Source: Candidatus Eremiobacteria bacterium (GTDB taxonomy: Bacteria > Vulcanimicrobiota > Vulcanimicrobiia > Vulcanimicrobiales > Vulcanimicrobiaceae). From it: a stretch of DNA of 64,000 nucleotides. The DNA is taken from contig CAVTRC010000001.1 in the NCBI GenBank assembly GCA_963737065.1, forward strand, positions 1,888,001 through 1,952,000, in the 5' to 3' direction. This document shows, piece after piece, positions 19,213 through 30,765 of this stretch (positions within the stretch are counted from its first letter, which is position 1; each line of letters opens with the position of its first letter). The translations under genes were made by a program, and so were the position numbers. The notes under the pieces were generated by a model. It searched no databases. It was given only the letters and a program-made list of their open reading frames with translations, and was not told where the DNA came from.

Positions 19213-20359
19213 ATGCCTGCAGTCGACGTCGTCGTTATTGGTCTTGGCGGAATGGGAAGCGCCGCGCTTGCGAATCTGGCGCTACGCGGTGCTTCAGCGA
19301 TCGGGATCGAGCAGTTTACACGCGGCCATCTGCTCGGTTCGTCGAGCGGCAAGTCGCGGATGATTCGGAAAGCGTACTTCGAACACGCGAACTATATCCC
19401 GCTGCTTTTGCGCGCGTACGATGCTTGGGATGCGTTAGAGCAGCGAACCGGGATTCCAATTTTTCGCAAAACGTCGGTTTTATTGGCCGGTCCTGAGGAT
19501 AGCCGCATTGATTCGCGGCTCAGCGAACAGCGCGAAAGCGCACGACCTTCCGGTAGATACGTTGAGCGCGTCCGATATTCGAACGCGTTTCCCGATGCTC
19601 CGTCCGCTCGACGATGAAGTCGGGCTCCTCGAGCGCGACGGCGGGTTCATTATGCCGGAGGCCGCGATCGAAGGATACCTTCGCATTGCTGAAGAGCATG
19701 GAGCGCGGATGCTCTTCGATTCGCAGGTTACCGGGTGGGCTGGCGGTACGGATTCGACGTTGAACGTGCAACTCGCCGACGGCGCGCCGGTAGCTGCGTC
19801 GCGGCTTCTCGTATGCGCGGGGCCGTGGTGGACGACGTTTCCGGATGACGCGATGCCGGTTCGGCTGCAGCGAAACGTTCAGCTCTGGTTCCGTGCTTCA
19901 TCTCCGGCGTTCTTCATTGGACGATGTCCGGCGTTTATGCTCGATCGCGCGGGTTTGCCGCATTCGCTGTATGGTTTTCCGGACTACGGAGCCGGTGTGA
20001 AAGCCGCGTTTCACGGGTTTGGTGAAACCGTCGACACGCCGAAAGACGTTGACCGCGCAGTACACCCGAGCGATGTCGAGCCCGTTCGGGATGCGTTGAC
20101 TGCATGGATGCCCGGAAGCGCCGCTAAGTGCATCGAGGGCAGAGTGTGCCTGTACGAATTAACGCCCGATCGGGACTTCGTCATCGGAACGCATCCGAAC
20201 GATTCCCGCGTTATCGTCGCGGGCGGCTTTTCGGGACATGGTTTCAAATTTGCGTCCGTTCTGGGCGAAGTGCTCGCCGATCTTGCGCTCGATGGCGGAA
20301 CTCGATACGATATCGACTTTCTCTCGCCACGCCGCTTCCACGGGCAGGCCGTGCGATAG
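19213..20359 (+). CDS. solA: N-methyltryptophan oxidase / monomeric sarcosine oxidase family (frameshift near 19505)
   Basis: GLGGMGSA, GSSSGKSRMIR, CLY..TPD..F, GFSGHGFKF. Confidence 0.85.
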
Positions 20360-20369
20360 TACGCGAACG

Positions 20370-20825
20370 CTAGGGAATCGGCACCCCTCTCTCTTGCGCG
20401 CCCGGCAAGACCGCGGTTCGGAGAAATTCCAGCGCGTTTGCGGCTATTTCGACGGCAGGCGTCGTGCGCAGCAATTCCACTTCTTGCGACTTCGTGGCGC
20501 GAGCTTCACGCGTGAATGCGTGGTGCGCAAACGTCGCGGGAAGGTGTTCGGCGCCTACCGAGAATCGGCCGGCTCGTGCGGCAACGATCTGCACGTCGAG
20601 GTTGCGCAGGTCGAGGCAGCTGCAATAGTAGAGATTCTGTTCATCGAGCTCGCGGATCCATGCTCGGTGCGGATCCACCGAGATGAAATGGCGAAGAGCA
20701 CCGATCAACGCGAGAAACATGCCAAAATGGTACTGGAAGTCCTCGCGTGACCCGGCCACTTCAGCGTCGCGCATTGCGTCCACGGCGTGTTGCGCCCACC
20801 GCAGCTTTTGGTTCGTCGCTGACAT
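20370..20825 (-). CDS. Hypothetical protein (151 aa)
   Basis: 3' part of ORF 20370..21167; start moved to MSATNQK to avoid the opposite-strand gene. Confidence 0.5.
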   Translation of the reverse strand: MSATNQKLRWAQHAVDAMRDAEVAGSREDFQYHFGMFLALIGALRHFISVDPHRAWIRELDEQNLYYCSCLDLRNLDVQIVAARAGRFSVGAEHLPATFAHHAFTREARATKSQEVELLRTTPAVEIAANALEFLRTAVLPGAQERGVPIP

Positions 20826-20849
20826 CACATCTTCAGTATAATCAGACCC

Positions 20850-22176
20850 ATGGCACAGGATCCAAGCGATCCGCACGCGAGCAGCCGGGTCGTACCGGTG
20901 TGGCGGATCCGGGACTTCCATGACGACGACCTCGATGGTGCAATTCGCCTGCTGGAAGAATCGCGTGATACCGACGCGCAGCCGGTCGTTTCGTTGGACG
21001 AGGTCGTGGTTGCCGTCCGCAGCGGTCAGCCCGCGCTCGTTGCGCGGGTTGGACGCGATCTCGTAGCAACGGTCGTTAGTAGCGGTCACCGGTGAGCGCG
21101 CGTGGATACTGCGGCTTGCGATCGATCCAGGATGGCGAAAGCGCGGCCTTGGCAGCGCGCTTCTCACGCATTTGGAGCGCCGCTTGGTGAGTCTCGGCGT
21201 GCGGCGGTTCTACGCGCTGCTACCGCAAGGCGAAGTCGGAACCTCCGCGTTTACCAACTGCGGATTCGTCGCGCGAAACAGCGTCGTGTTATTCGAACGC
21301 ACTGCACCGCTCGCGCCCGCCGAGGTCAGCATCTTAGAGCGGCTCGGCGGGCAGATTTTTCCTCGCGGCGGATGGACCGACGTGGCCGGAATGGATCGTG
21401 AGAAGCAGCTTATCGAAAGCCGCGTTGTGCTTCCGCTGGAACGGACGAGAGACGCCGACCGCTTCGGCGTGCATCCGCCGCGGGCGATCGTCTTGTTCGG
21501 TCCGCCCGGGACTGGAAAGACGACGTTTGCGAAAGCAATCGCGTCGCGATTAGGCTGGCCGTTCGTCGAGATTTTCCCGTCGCGCCTCGCAGCAGACTCC
21601 GCTCTCGGTCTTGCCGCAGCATTGCGTGACACGTTTGCGCAGTTAGAGACGCTCGATCGCGTCGTTCTCTTTATCGACGAAGTCGAAGAGATCGCGCCGG
21701 CACGCGACGGACAAGTATTTTCGCCGGTGCACGCGGTGACGAACGAATTGCTCAAACTTTTGCCGGTCTTCCGCGAGCGGGATCAGCGACTGATGGTATG
21801 TGCCACAAACTCCGTACGTTCGCTCGACGCCGCGTTTTTGCGCCCGGGACGCTTCGACTACGTATTGCCGATCGGCCCACCCGACGCGGTTGCGCGTAAC
21901 ACCATGTGGCGCCGCTTTATCCCGGCCGCCGCGGCGAGCGTCGACATCGATGCCATGGTCGCCGCAAGCGAACTGTTCACGCCGGCCGATATTGCGTTTG
22001 CCGCACGAAAGGCGGCGCACGCGGCGTTTGAACGATATGTCAACGACGCCGGTGCGCCGGATTCGACGGTAACGACTGAAGACTATTTGGAAGCGATCAG
22101 GATGACGCGCCCAACGTTGACCTCAACGATGGTCGAGGCGTTTAACGCGGATATTGAAAGCTTCGCGCGTCTATAG
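20850..22176 (+). CDS. GNAT acetyltransferase-AAA+ ATPase fusion (frameshift near 21085)
   Basis: IRDFHDDDL...; after shift RLAIDPGWRKRGLGSALL (acetyl-CoA motif) continuous with GPPGTGKT, FIDEVE, ATN, RPGRFD. Confidence 0.8.
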
Positions 22177-22200
22177 TGTGCGCCCGATAGCGATTGTCGG

Positions 22201-22558
22201 TTACGGATTACCTGTTGACTGAGTATCGGAGCTCAGCGGACTGTCCGAATCTTTGTCGCCGCCAGCGTGCATCACTCGGATGTCGCCTCCATACCGTTCA
22301 AGAATCGCCAAAATCTCCGTTCCGTGTGCGGGATCCTGAACGGTTAAGACCGAGCCCTCGTTGTACGGACCCGAGTCCGAACCGATAAGCTTGTTGAGTG
22401 CGTCCATCGTGTCTTCTTTACCGGTCTCTAAAGTTTGAAGGACGATGGCGGAGTTCGGCACTCCAGCGTTCAGCAATTCCTGCTGCGCGTTCTTTTGCGT
22501 TGTCGTCGTTCTTAAAATACGCGGTGAGCCGACCCGAAATGTAACTCGTAGAATCCAT
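22201..22558 (-). CDS. Small hypothetical protein (frameshift near 22495)
   Basis: GGAGG RBS, MDSTSYISGRLTAYF.. joins KNAQQELLNAGV..LERYGG across an A-run. Confidence 0.55.
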
Positions 22559-22662
22559 TGCGTGGCCTCCAAATCGTGTGATGTGCTCGTTTCCGAACCG
22601 AACTAACCTAAAACGTGATTGGTCCCCTCGGGCGCAACCGATAGCACGGTTGGAATTGACGG

Positions 22663-24425
22663 CTACCAGCCCACCGCTTCGCCATCCTTGCCGAAGTCCG
22701 ATCCTGCCGCATATGCACCGTCGGGAAGGACCATGATCGCTTGATATCCGCCGAGCGGCGCGCGCGTGACGCGCTTCACATGGTGCCCCATCGCGCTCGA
22801 GCTTTTCGCCCAGCAGATCGTAAAGCGGGGACTCGAGCATGAGCGTGTTCGAGACTTGGTCGTGACGGAAGCGCGCGATGTCGCCCGCCTCTTGTACGTT
22901 AGCGTGAAGATCGATCAGATCGACGAGCACCTGTTCGTGGCCCTGCGCCTGCATATCGCCGCCCATCAAACCGATCGTTGCGTACGGTTTGCCGTCGCGC
23001 ATGACGAACCCCGCGCATAGCGTGTTGAACGGACGCTTGTGCGGCGCAATGACGTTCGGACTCTTTGGATCCAGCGTGAAGAGACCTCCGCGATTGTGCA
23101 AGATGAATCCGTATTGCGGTACCGTAATGCCCGAGCCGAAACCGTCGTAGTTGCTGTTGACGAATGAGACCATGTTGCCGAAGCCGTCGGCGGTCGAGAG
23201 CACGATGGTGTCACCCGCACCGCCCGGCTCACCGCGCGGTTGCGTATCGGATGCGTGTGCCGGGTCGATCTTCGCGCATTGCGTTGCAGCGTAACCGTTC
23301 GAAAGCGAGGCGCGCGAGCGGAACGCGTTCACGGTCCGGGTCCGCGTTATACCGGTAGAGATCCGCATACGCAAGCTTTTTTGCTTCGACGAGCAGATGC
23401 CAATACAACGGATTGGCGGGGCCGAGTGACGCGAGGCTTCCGCCCGACGCGAGTTTCGGAACGCATTGCGCGAGGATATTGAGCGATTCGTTGGTCGCGA
23501 ATCCCTGCGAAGGCGGTGGCAGCTCCAGCACCTCGTATCCATGGTAGCTGGTGCGGACGGGATCGCGCCAAACGCCGTGATACGCTGCGAGATCGGCGAG
23601 CGTCATCGTACCGCCGAGCGCGCGCGATTTTGCTACGATCGCGCGTGCAATCTCGCCGGTATAAAACGCATTCCTTCCGCCTTCGCCGAGCAGCGTGAGC
23701 GCGCGAGCGAGCCGCGGATTGCGAAAGATCTGGCCCTCGCGCGGCGGCTTTCCGTCGATATACCACGTTGCGACGGAATCCGGATCGAGCGCTGTACAAC
23801 AACCGCGAAGCGGAAGTGCATTGGGGAGAATCCAGTCGTGCGCGATCCGTTCGGAAACAGGGAAACCGTTTGCGGCATAATCCACTGCGGGCGCGAGCAC
23901 GCGTGAGAGCGGCATCGTTCCATAGCGGCGCACGAGCTCGTCCCACCCCCATGCTGCGCCCGGAACCGTAACTTCCGTAATGCCGCCCGACGGCATGCCC
24001 GATCCCGGTCCAAAGTTTTTCGGATCGTACCGATAGCCGAGCGCGTTCATGTGCGCGAGTGTCTCGCCGCTCGGTGCAATACCGCTCGCGTCCAGCACGT
24101 GAACCGCGTGTTCTTTCGCGATGTACACGATTGCGAAAAGATCGCCGCCGAATCCGACGTTCATCGGTTCGGTTACATTGAGCGTTGCAGCGGTCGCGAC
24201 GGCGGCATCGATCGCGTTGCCGCCTTGCATCAAGATACGCAAACCCGCTTGCGCCGCTAGCGGTTGGCTCGTTGTCACGATGCCGTTGCGCGCCATGACC
24301 GGCGAACGGCTTTGCGGGAGCCAACCCTCCGCGCGATCGCCGCGCACGGCATCGTTGGCCGCGGCGGTGAGCGCAAAAATCGCAGCAATTGCGGCCGCGA
24401 TGTGAATGCGTGCGGTCATGCGCAA
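22663..24425 (-). CDS. ggt: Gamma-glutamyltransferase (frameshifts near 23300 and 22790)
   Basis: GGNAIDAA, GGDLF, VPG, PPPSQG, nucleophile DTIVLS..D..GN.VS, HNRG, KRPFNT, MGGDMQAQGH, GSD..KDG. Confidence 0.9.
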
Positions 24426-24480
24426 TTATAGCGCGGATGCCGCCGGTGAAATAACGAGCAATCGCCCGGCTTGAAATCCT

Positions 24481-26725
24481 CTATACCGCTGTATGCATTG
24501 TCGGCCGCGCAGTAGGCCGCGCGGCCGGCTTTTCTTCGGCAGGCCGAGACTCGGGTTTCGCGGCGGGATGCTCCGGCGCAACTGGCGCAGCTTTCGGCGG
24601 AGCTTCGTGCACGGCGGGTTTCGGCGGCGCAGCTTCGTGCACGGCGGGTTTCGGCGGCGCAGCTTCGTGCACGACGGGTTTCGGCGGCGCCGCTTCGTGC
24701 ACGATGGGTTTCGGCGGCGCAGCTTCATGCACGACGGGTTTCGGCGGCGCAGCTTCATGCACAACGGGCTTCGGCGGAGCAGCTTCGTGCACGACGGGTT
24801 TCGGCGGAGCAGCTTCGTGCACGACGGGTTTCGGCGGAGCAGCTTCGTGCACGACGGGTTTCGGCGGAGCAGCTTCGTGCACGACCGGTTTCGTTGCCGT
24901 CGCGGGGTGCGATTCATGCTTTGGTTCTGCGACGGGTGCGGCATGTTTCACCGGCGCCGCAACGTGTTTACAGGCGCGGCTTCATGCACGACCGGTTTTG
25001 TTGCCGTCGCCGGGTGCGATTCATGCTTCGGTTCTGCGACGGGCGCTGCATGTTTCACGGGCGCCGCTTCGTGTTTCACCGGCGCTTCGTGTTTCACGGG
25101 TGCTTCATGTTTTACTGTAGTGGTGGGTGATACGGGTTTCATCGTCGCGACATGGACTTGCGCGTGCTTGACCGGATGGTACACGGGGTGCGAGGCGACG
25201 CGGCGTTGCGGCGGCGGAACGACTTTCGGCTTCGCGATCGCAATTTCTTTGAGTCGCGCTTGCTGTTGCGCGAACGACGCATGTACCGGCGGCGCTTTCG
25301 CGGTAAAGCGCGCGGCGGTGAACGTGTGCACTAACGAAACGGGATGGCTCACGACGCGCGTTCTGGAGTAGTGCAAGTTCGCCGTTGTGGGAACCACCGG
25401 AACGCAGCCGCGAATCAAGTATACGCGGTGGAGCTGCGCCGCACGGATCGATCTGTAGCGTGAGTAGTTGCCGGCGCGCCACGCGTTTACCGGAATCACC
25501 GTCATTCCGCCCGGGTAACGCGCGTTCGTGTAGTAATTGTAGATGTTCGTAACGGTTGGAACGGTGCTCAGTTCCGTCTGCGGATAGGTATAGTTCGGGC
25601 CGTACCACGGTTGATATTGCTCGCCCGGCGCAAGCGGAATCCATCCGATCTGCGTATTGTCTGCATACGGGCCGCTAAGACCGCCGAATCCGTTGAGCAG
25701 CCCTCCGAGGTCGACGCCCGAGCCGCCGCCTAAGAAGAACGAAACGACGGCCGGCAACCACGCCGAAGCGAGCGCGTTCGACGATGTTTGATCTTCGTAG
25801 CCCGGCGGCTGCCATAACCATCCGCCGTAGCTCGCATTGTTGAACCACGTTCCGTAATGCGTTACGGGATAACCGTACGGGGCATTGTCGACCCACGTGT
25901 AACCGGAACCCGGTTCCCACACCCACTGGCCGTTCTGATACGGCGCGAAATTGTTTTGCATTTGGTTGTTCGGCGCCCACGCCCACCCGTATCCGGGAAC
26001 GTCCTGCCACGCTCCGTAATTCGAAAGGTTCGTGTAGCCGGCAAGCTGCGGCGCAAGATACGGATTCGCGTTGTATGCCGATGCAAGTGCCTGATCGCGC
26101 GACATATTGAATTGATCGAAGGAATCGAACGCAATCGCCCCCCGTGCGGAGATGGATGGATTCGAATACGGACCGTACGCGACGAGCGTCGTTCCCGGTG
26201 TGAGCGTTTGCGAACCGTTACCCGTGCTGACCGTTGCCGATCCACTGCGCACGGTGACCGCGGTCTGTCCATTGCCACTAACCGAAACACGGCAGTCGCC
26301 GCTCGTGTTCGGACGAACGGTGAGCGAAGGCGTGTCGATCTGTGCGCCGCCGTCCGTTCCTTGCAACTCCGCTAAGTCCACCGTTCCGGCGCCGAGTTGC
26401 GTTTCGCGCGAACCGGGATTGAGATTTACGAAACGAACCTGCGAATCGGACAGCCAGACGCAGCATCGACGTGCCGTCGAACTGCACTTCGGCGCTTGAT
26501 CCGCGGCCCCGTCGAAAGGTAGTCCCCGGCGACGACGGGCGCATTGATCGTCGCGCCGGCCTGCGTTCCGCTGTCGCCGCGCACGATGACGACATTGCCG
26601 TTCGCTACGCTGACGTCGGCAACGCCCGGATTGTAGTTCTGCGCGAGAGCCGCAGGGCTGTGAAGCATTGTGAGCGCCGCGGCGGCGGCCGCTGCGAGAG
26701 TTGCAAGTTGCTGGAATCGTTTCAT
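24481..26725 (-). CDS. Secreted FecR/DUF6600-like protein with Pro/His/Ala-rich repeat tail (several frameshifts)
   Basis: Signal peptide, FecR-like beta region (AEVQFDG, IDTP...VR.G), YG.W...PGYG..W.P / PY..G.W.W / HYG.W / W.PLAP.E motifs. Confidence 0.72.
24593..24891 (-). repeat. 30-bp coding tandem repeat, about 10 copies (KPVVHEAAPP)
   Basis: agcttcgtgcacgacgggtttcggcggmgc repeated at exact 30-nt period from 24601 to 24890. Confidence 0.95.
24945..25115 (-). repeat. Short KHEAPV repeats and a second copy of the KHAAPVAEPKHESHPATATKPVVHEAAP block
   Basis: Block at about 24975-25060 duplicates about 24868-24950; KHEAPV-like units repeated in tandem. Confidence 0.8.
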
Positions 26726-26874
26726 GGTATTCGCACCTCCGGGTTACAGCGGCGTTCGCCGCCACGGTCGACGCTTGAACGCATACCTTCCTGATGGTTC
26801 ACGTCCCCAAGCGTCATCACTCGTGAGTAGAACGAAACGAACCGCAGATAAATTCGCAGCAAGCGTGGCCCCGG

Positions 26875-28185
26875 ATGGAGAAGCACGCGCCGATGCAACG
26901 ACGCATGTCCGCGACGCTGAAGGCCTTCGAACGGCCGTTTTGGGTCGCGAACGTTAGCGAAATCTTCGAGCGCCTCTCGTACTACGCGGTGTTTTCGACG
27001 CTGGCGCTTTATCTGAATCAAACCCTCGGATTTCCGAGCGCGCAGGCCGCCGCGCTGAGCGGCATCTTCGGCGGCGCCGTTTGGGTGATGGCGATCTTCG
27101 GCGGCGCTCTTGCGGATCGTATCGGCTTCCGGCGCGCGCTTTCGTCCGCCTATTTTATCCTCACGTGCGCGTACTTCTTGGTCGGCTCGATCGGCGCGCC
27201 GTGGCTTGCGCCGGTTCGCGCGGTCGTTCCGCTGGCGTGGGTCGCCGGCATCATACTGTTCTTGCCGGCGCTCGGCGTTGCACTCGTGAAACCATCAGTC
27301 GTCGGTACGACCGCGCGTGCGTCGACCGAGAACGTTCGTTCCGTCGGATACGCGATTTATTATACGATGGTCAATATCGGAAGCACGCTCGGCCCGTTTT
27401 TGGCCGGGTGGCTGCACTCGCGATTCCCGGCGCAAGATGTGTTTTTGATCGCGGCATGCAGCGTATTTCTAATGTTCATCGTCGTGCTCGCATTCTTTCG
27501 CGAACCGCGAACCGGCGCGGCGACGTCTTCGAAATCACTTGCACGGACCGGCCGAGATTTCGTTACCGTCCTGCGCAATGGTCGTTTCGTGCTGTTTTTG
27601 TTGATTTTTTCCGGCTACTGGATCGTGTACTGGCAACAATATCTGATCTTACCGATTTATCTCAATCAGTACGTCGACAAACACGCGAATACGGCGCTCA
27701 TTCTCATTACGGATCCGTTGATCGTCATTACGCTCACGGTTGCCATCAACACCGTTACGCGAGCGATGCGCCCGTTCCAGGCGCTCGTCGTCGGAGCGCT
27801 GATCACGTCGGTTGCGTGGCTGTTGATTCCCGCTCACCCCAGCGTGTTGATGGCGGTGCTCAGCCTCGCGGTCGTTGCAATCGGCGAGATCATCCAATCG
27901 CCGCGATACTACGAGTACATTTCGCGCCTCGCGCCCGAAGGGCAGCAAGGCACCTACATGGGCTTTGCGTTTCTTCCCATCGGCATCGGCTCGCTCGTCG
28001 GCGGATGGTTCGGCGGTACGCTGCTCTCGCGTTTCGGCGAGGCGTCGCACCAGCCCGGTACGGTTTGGTTCGTCATAACGGCGGTGGGCCTGGTAACGAC
28101 GCTACTGTTGTGGTTGTACGACCGGTACGCCGTCCCGACGCGCGCGCCGCAAATATCGCCGGCGACCGAACGCGTTGTGCCGTAA
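26875..28185 (+). CDS. MFS transporter, POT/PTR-like
   Basis: EIFERLSYY (ExxER-like), GGALADRIG, KP, YY..VNIG; about 12 hydrophobic segments. Confidence 0.85.
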   Translation: MEKHAPMQRRMSATLKAFERPFWVANVSEIFERLSYYAVFSTLALYLNQTLGFPSAQAAALSGIFGGAVWVMAIFGGALADRIGFRRALSSAYFILTCAYFLVGSIGAPWLAPVRAVVPLAWVAGIILFLPALGVALVKPSVVGTTARASTENVRSVGYAIYYTMVNIGSTLGPFLAGWLHSRFPAQDVFLIAACSVFLMFIVVLAFFREPRTGAATSSKSLARTGRDFVTVLRNGRFVLFLLIFSGYWIVYWQQYLILPIYLNQYVDKHANTALILITDPLIVITLTVAINTVTRAMRPFQALVVGALITSVAWLLIPAHPSVLMAVLSLAVVAIGEIIQSPRYYEYISRLAPEGQQGTYMGFAFLPIGIGSLVGGWFGGTLLSRFGEASHQPGTVWFVITAVGLVTTLLLWLYDRYAVPTRAPQISPATERVVP

Positions 28186-28303
28186 CGCCGAATGTCTTTC
28201 AACGTCGTGTCAATCCGAACCGCCGTGCATGATTCTTTCGGCCGGTCCAGCCGCAGGCGTATATGCAATGGTGCTGTTTATACCTGCGGCTGGGCCGTGA
28301 ACC

Positions 28304-28915
28304 TCAGCAACTGAGATAACCGTTGCGGTTGTTGATTGGGTTTCCTTGACAGCGGTTGACGTCGAGCGTCGAGTAAATCCGGTTGCCGTTAGGCGCGGTG
28401 CACGACGCCGAGAGCGTCGATCCGTTCATACGTGCATTCACGCAGCTTTGTTGATACGATCCGCCCGGCAGGCCGTATCCGTAGTTCCCGCCGTTGTAAC
28501 GCCCGTTGTTGTATCCGGACTGATCATTGCCGTTCCAGTGACGATGATGGTGGTGATCGTCGTTGTCGTTGTCATTGTCTCGATCGCGGTCACGTCCGTA
28601 TCCGTTGCCGTTGTTATAGCCGTTACCGTTGTTATAGCCGTTGTTGTAACCGTTGCCGTTGCAGTTCAGACGGCCGTTGATATTGGCAATGTCGCCGCGG
28701 CAGCCGTTCACGTTCAGTGACGAATAGATGCGCTGCCCGTTCGCTGCAGTGCACGACGCTGAGAGGGTGCCCCCGCGCATACGGAGATTGTTGCAGCTTT
28801 GTTGATACGAGCCGGGCGGCACGTTGTTATAGCCGTACTGCTGCGCGCTCGCCGTGACGATTGAGCCTGCGGCTAAGCCGATCGCAAGCGCGAGGCCGGT
28901 CATGGTTCGGTGCAT
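28304..28915 (-). CDS. Secreted CVNH (cyanovirin-N-like) two-repeat protein
   Basis: Two copies of GSYQQSC...[27 protein letters not shown] after a signal peptide. Confidence 0.7.
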   Translation of the reverse strand: MHRTMTGLALAIGLAAGSIVTASAQQYGYNNVPPGSYQQSCNNLRMRGGTLSASCTAANGQRIYSSLNVNGCRGDIANINGRLNCNGNGYNNGYNNGNGYNNGNGYGRDRDRDNDNDNDDHHHHRHWNGNDQSGYNNGRYNGGNYGYGLPGGSYQQSCVNARMNGSTLSASCTAPNGNRIYSTLDVNRCQGNPINNRNGYLSC

Positions 28916-29005
28916 TGCTCACCTCTGGGTAGAGTGCTGTTAGTTGCGAGGCTCCACATCCGAAACGAGGCTCACCATGCGAAAGTTCCCGTTCGCTCCA
29001 GCGTC

Positions 29006-30174
29006 TCAAACGCACCGGCGAACGAGATACGAACGGTCGAGTGCGGCGACGTCGTGGCAGCCTAGAAGCTTCATCGTGCGCACGATATCCGAGCGAAGAA
29101 TGTCGATTGCTTTCGCGACGCCTGCTTCGCCCGCTGCAGCAAGTCCGTATGCGTACGCGCGGCCGACGAATACAGCGCGCGCGCCGATGCAGAGCGCTTT
29201 CACGACGTCGCTGCCGCGCCGTATTCCGCCGTCCATCAACACGTCGATGCGATCGCCGACGGCAGCAATGACTTCCGGAAGCAGATGCAGCGTCGCCGGG
29301 AACGCCGTCGAGCTGGCGGCCGCCGTGATTCGAGACGACGATTGCATCCGCACCGCATTCCACTGCGCGGTGCGCATCATCCGATGATTGCACGCCCTTC
29401 ACGACGATCGGTCCGTTCCAGTTGGCCTTGATCCATTCGAGATCGTTCCAACTGCACGCTCGACTCTCCGAGCGCCGATGCCGCATCTTCATATGGCATC
29501 GGTCCGTTCTGAGCACGACGTTCGGGAAACGCATCATCCCGCCGTCGCGAAAGAAATCCAAAACCCAGCGAGGCCTCCTCAAGAGTTGCCCGCAGTACGG
29601 CAACATCGCAAACGGTTTTCCGGTGGACAATTGCTTTCGCACCATTGCGCACATCGCGTTCGCGCAAGCCGGCCACCGCCGTATCGATCGTTACGACGAG
29701 CGCTTCGAACCGCCGCGGCACGCGCGCGTGCGATCGCGGACGGCCGCAACGTCGCGTCCACCGACGAGATAGAGCTGATACCAAGCTGGTCCGCGCGTCG
29801 ACGCTTTGACGTCCTCCAGCGCGCAGCCGGAAAGCGTCGAGAGCACGTAGCCCGTTCCGGCTCTACCGGCGGCGCGCGCCGCGGCGCACTCGCCGCGCGG
29901 ATAAAACATCCGACTGCTTCCCAGCGGTGCGAGAATGAACGGCAGGTCGAACGTTCTGCCGAGCACCGTCGTACGCAGATTGCACGGCCGCATTTGCGAC
30001 GGCCGAGCGCGGACGAAATTGCATGTCTTCGAACGCTTGTACATTGCGGCGCATCGTGATTTCGGCGTCGGCGCCGCCGTCGATGTAATCGAAGACGACG
30101 CGCGGAAGACGGCGACGCGCGAGCGCTCGCAAATCGCCGATGATTACGGCATCGTCGAGGCGTCGAAGTGCCAT
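29006..30174 (-). CDS. FMN-dependent alpha-hydroxy acid dehydrogenase/oxidase (multiple frameshifts)
   Basis: [49 protein letters not shown] spread over several frames. Confidence 0.85.
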
Positions 30175-30229
30175 CGCACCGTCATTCGACGCGCATGGAC
30201 GTCGTCCGTCAATTGCGAAGAGGACAGAG

Positions 30230-30495
30230 ATGAAAAGGCCGCACGATATCGGCGGATCGCAGGATTCGGCTCGATCGAGCGCCAGCCGGGCGATGAAGCG
30301 CCATTTCATCACGAATGGGAGGCGCGCGTCTTCGCGCTCAACCGCTTCTTTTTGAAACGCGGGACGTACACGCTCGACGAGTTTCGGACGCGATCGAGCG
30401 CATGGATCCACAGCAGTACCGCGCGGCATCGTATTACGAACGATGGCTGACCGCGATCGAAACGCTGCTCGCGGAAAAGGGCGTATGTACGGTGA
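30230..30495 (+). CDS. Nitrile hydratase beta N-terminal-like subunit (frameshifted)
   Basis: PHDIGG, FHHEWEARVFAL, AIERM.P..Y...SYYERWL.A.E.LL.EKG; AGGA RBS. Confidence 0.78.
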
Positions 30496-30765
30496 CGTTT
30501 TCGGCCGGCACGCGCGTCCGGACGCGCGAGCAGCGGACGCGATGGCGGGCATACGCGTCTACCGCATTACCTGGAAAACGCGCATGGTGTCGTCGTGAGC
30601 TCTTAGGATCGTTCCCGCTACCCGACGATATCGCCGCGCGTAGCCGCAGCCGCGCATAAGCGCGCTGTATACCGTGGCATTTCGTTCATCATCGATCTTT
30701 CCCGGTGACGAGCGGGGACGATTTGCGCCGATCTGTTCGAAGAGTATCTGGAGGCGGAATCATGA
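30492..30765 (+). CDS. Nitrile hydratase beta C-terminal SH3-like subunit (frameshifted)
   Basis: F..G.RVR, GHTRLP.YL, FPLPD, LYTV.F, DLFEEYLE reconstructed across frames. Confidence 0.65.

Noticed and set aside
24593..24891. 30-bp periodic array resembling CRISPR
   Set aside because: Head-to-tail repeats with no unique spacers, in-frame coding, no cas genes
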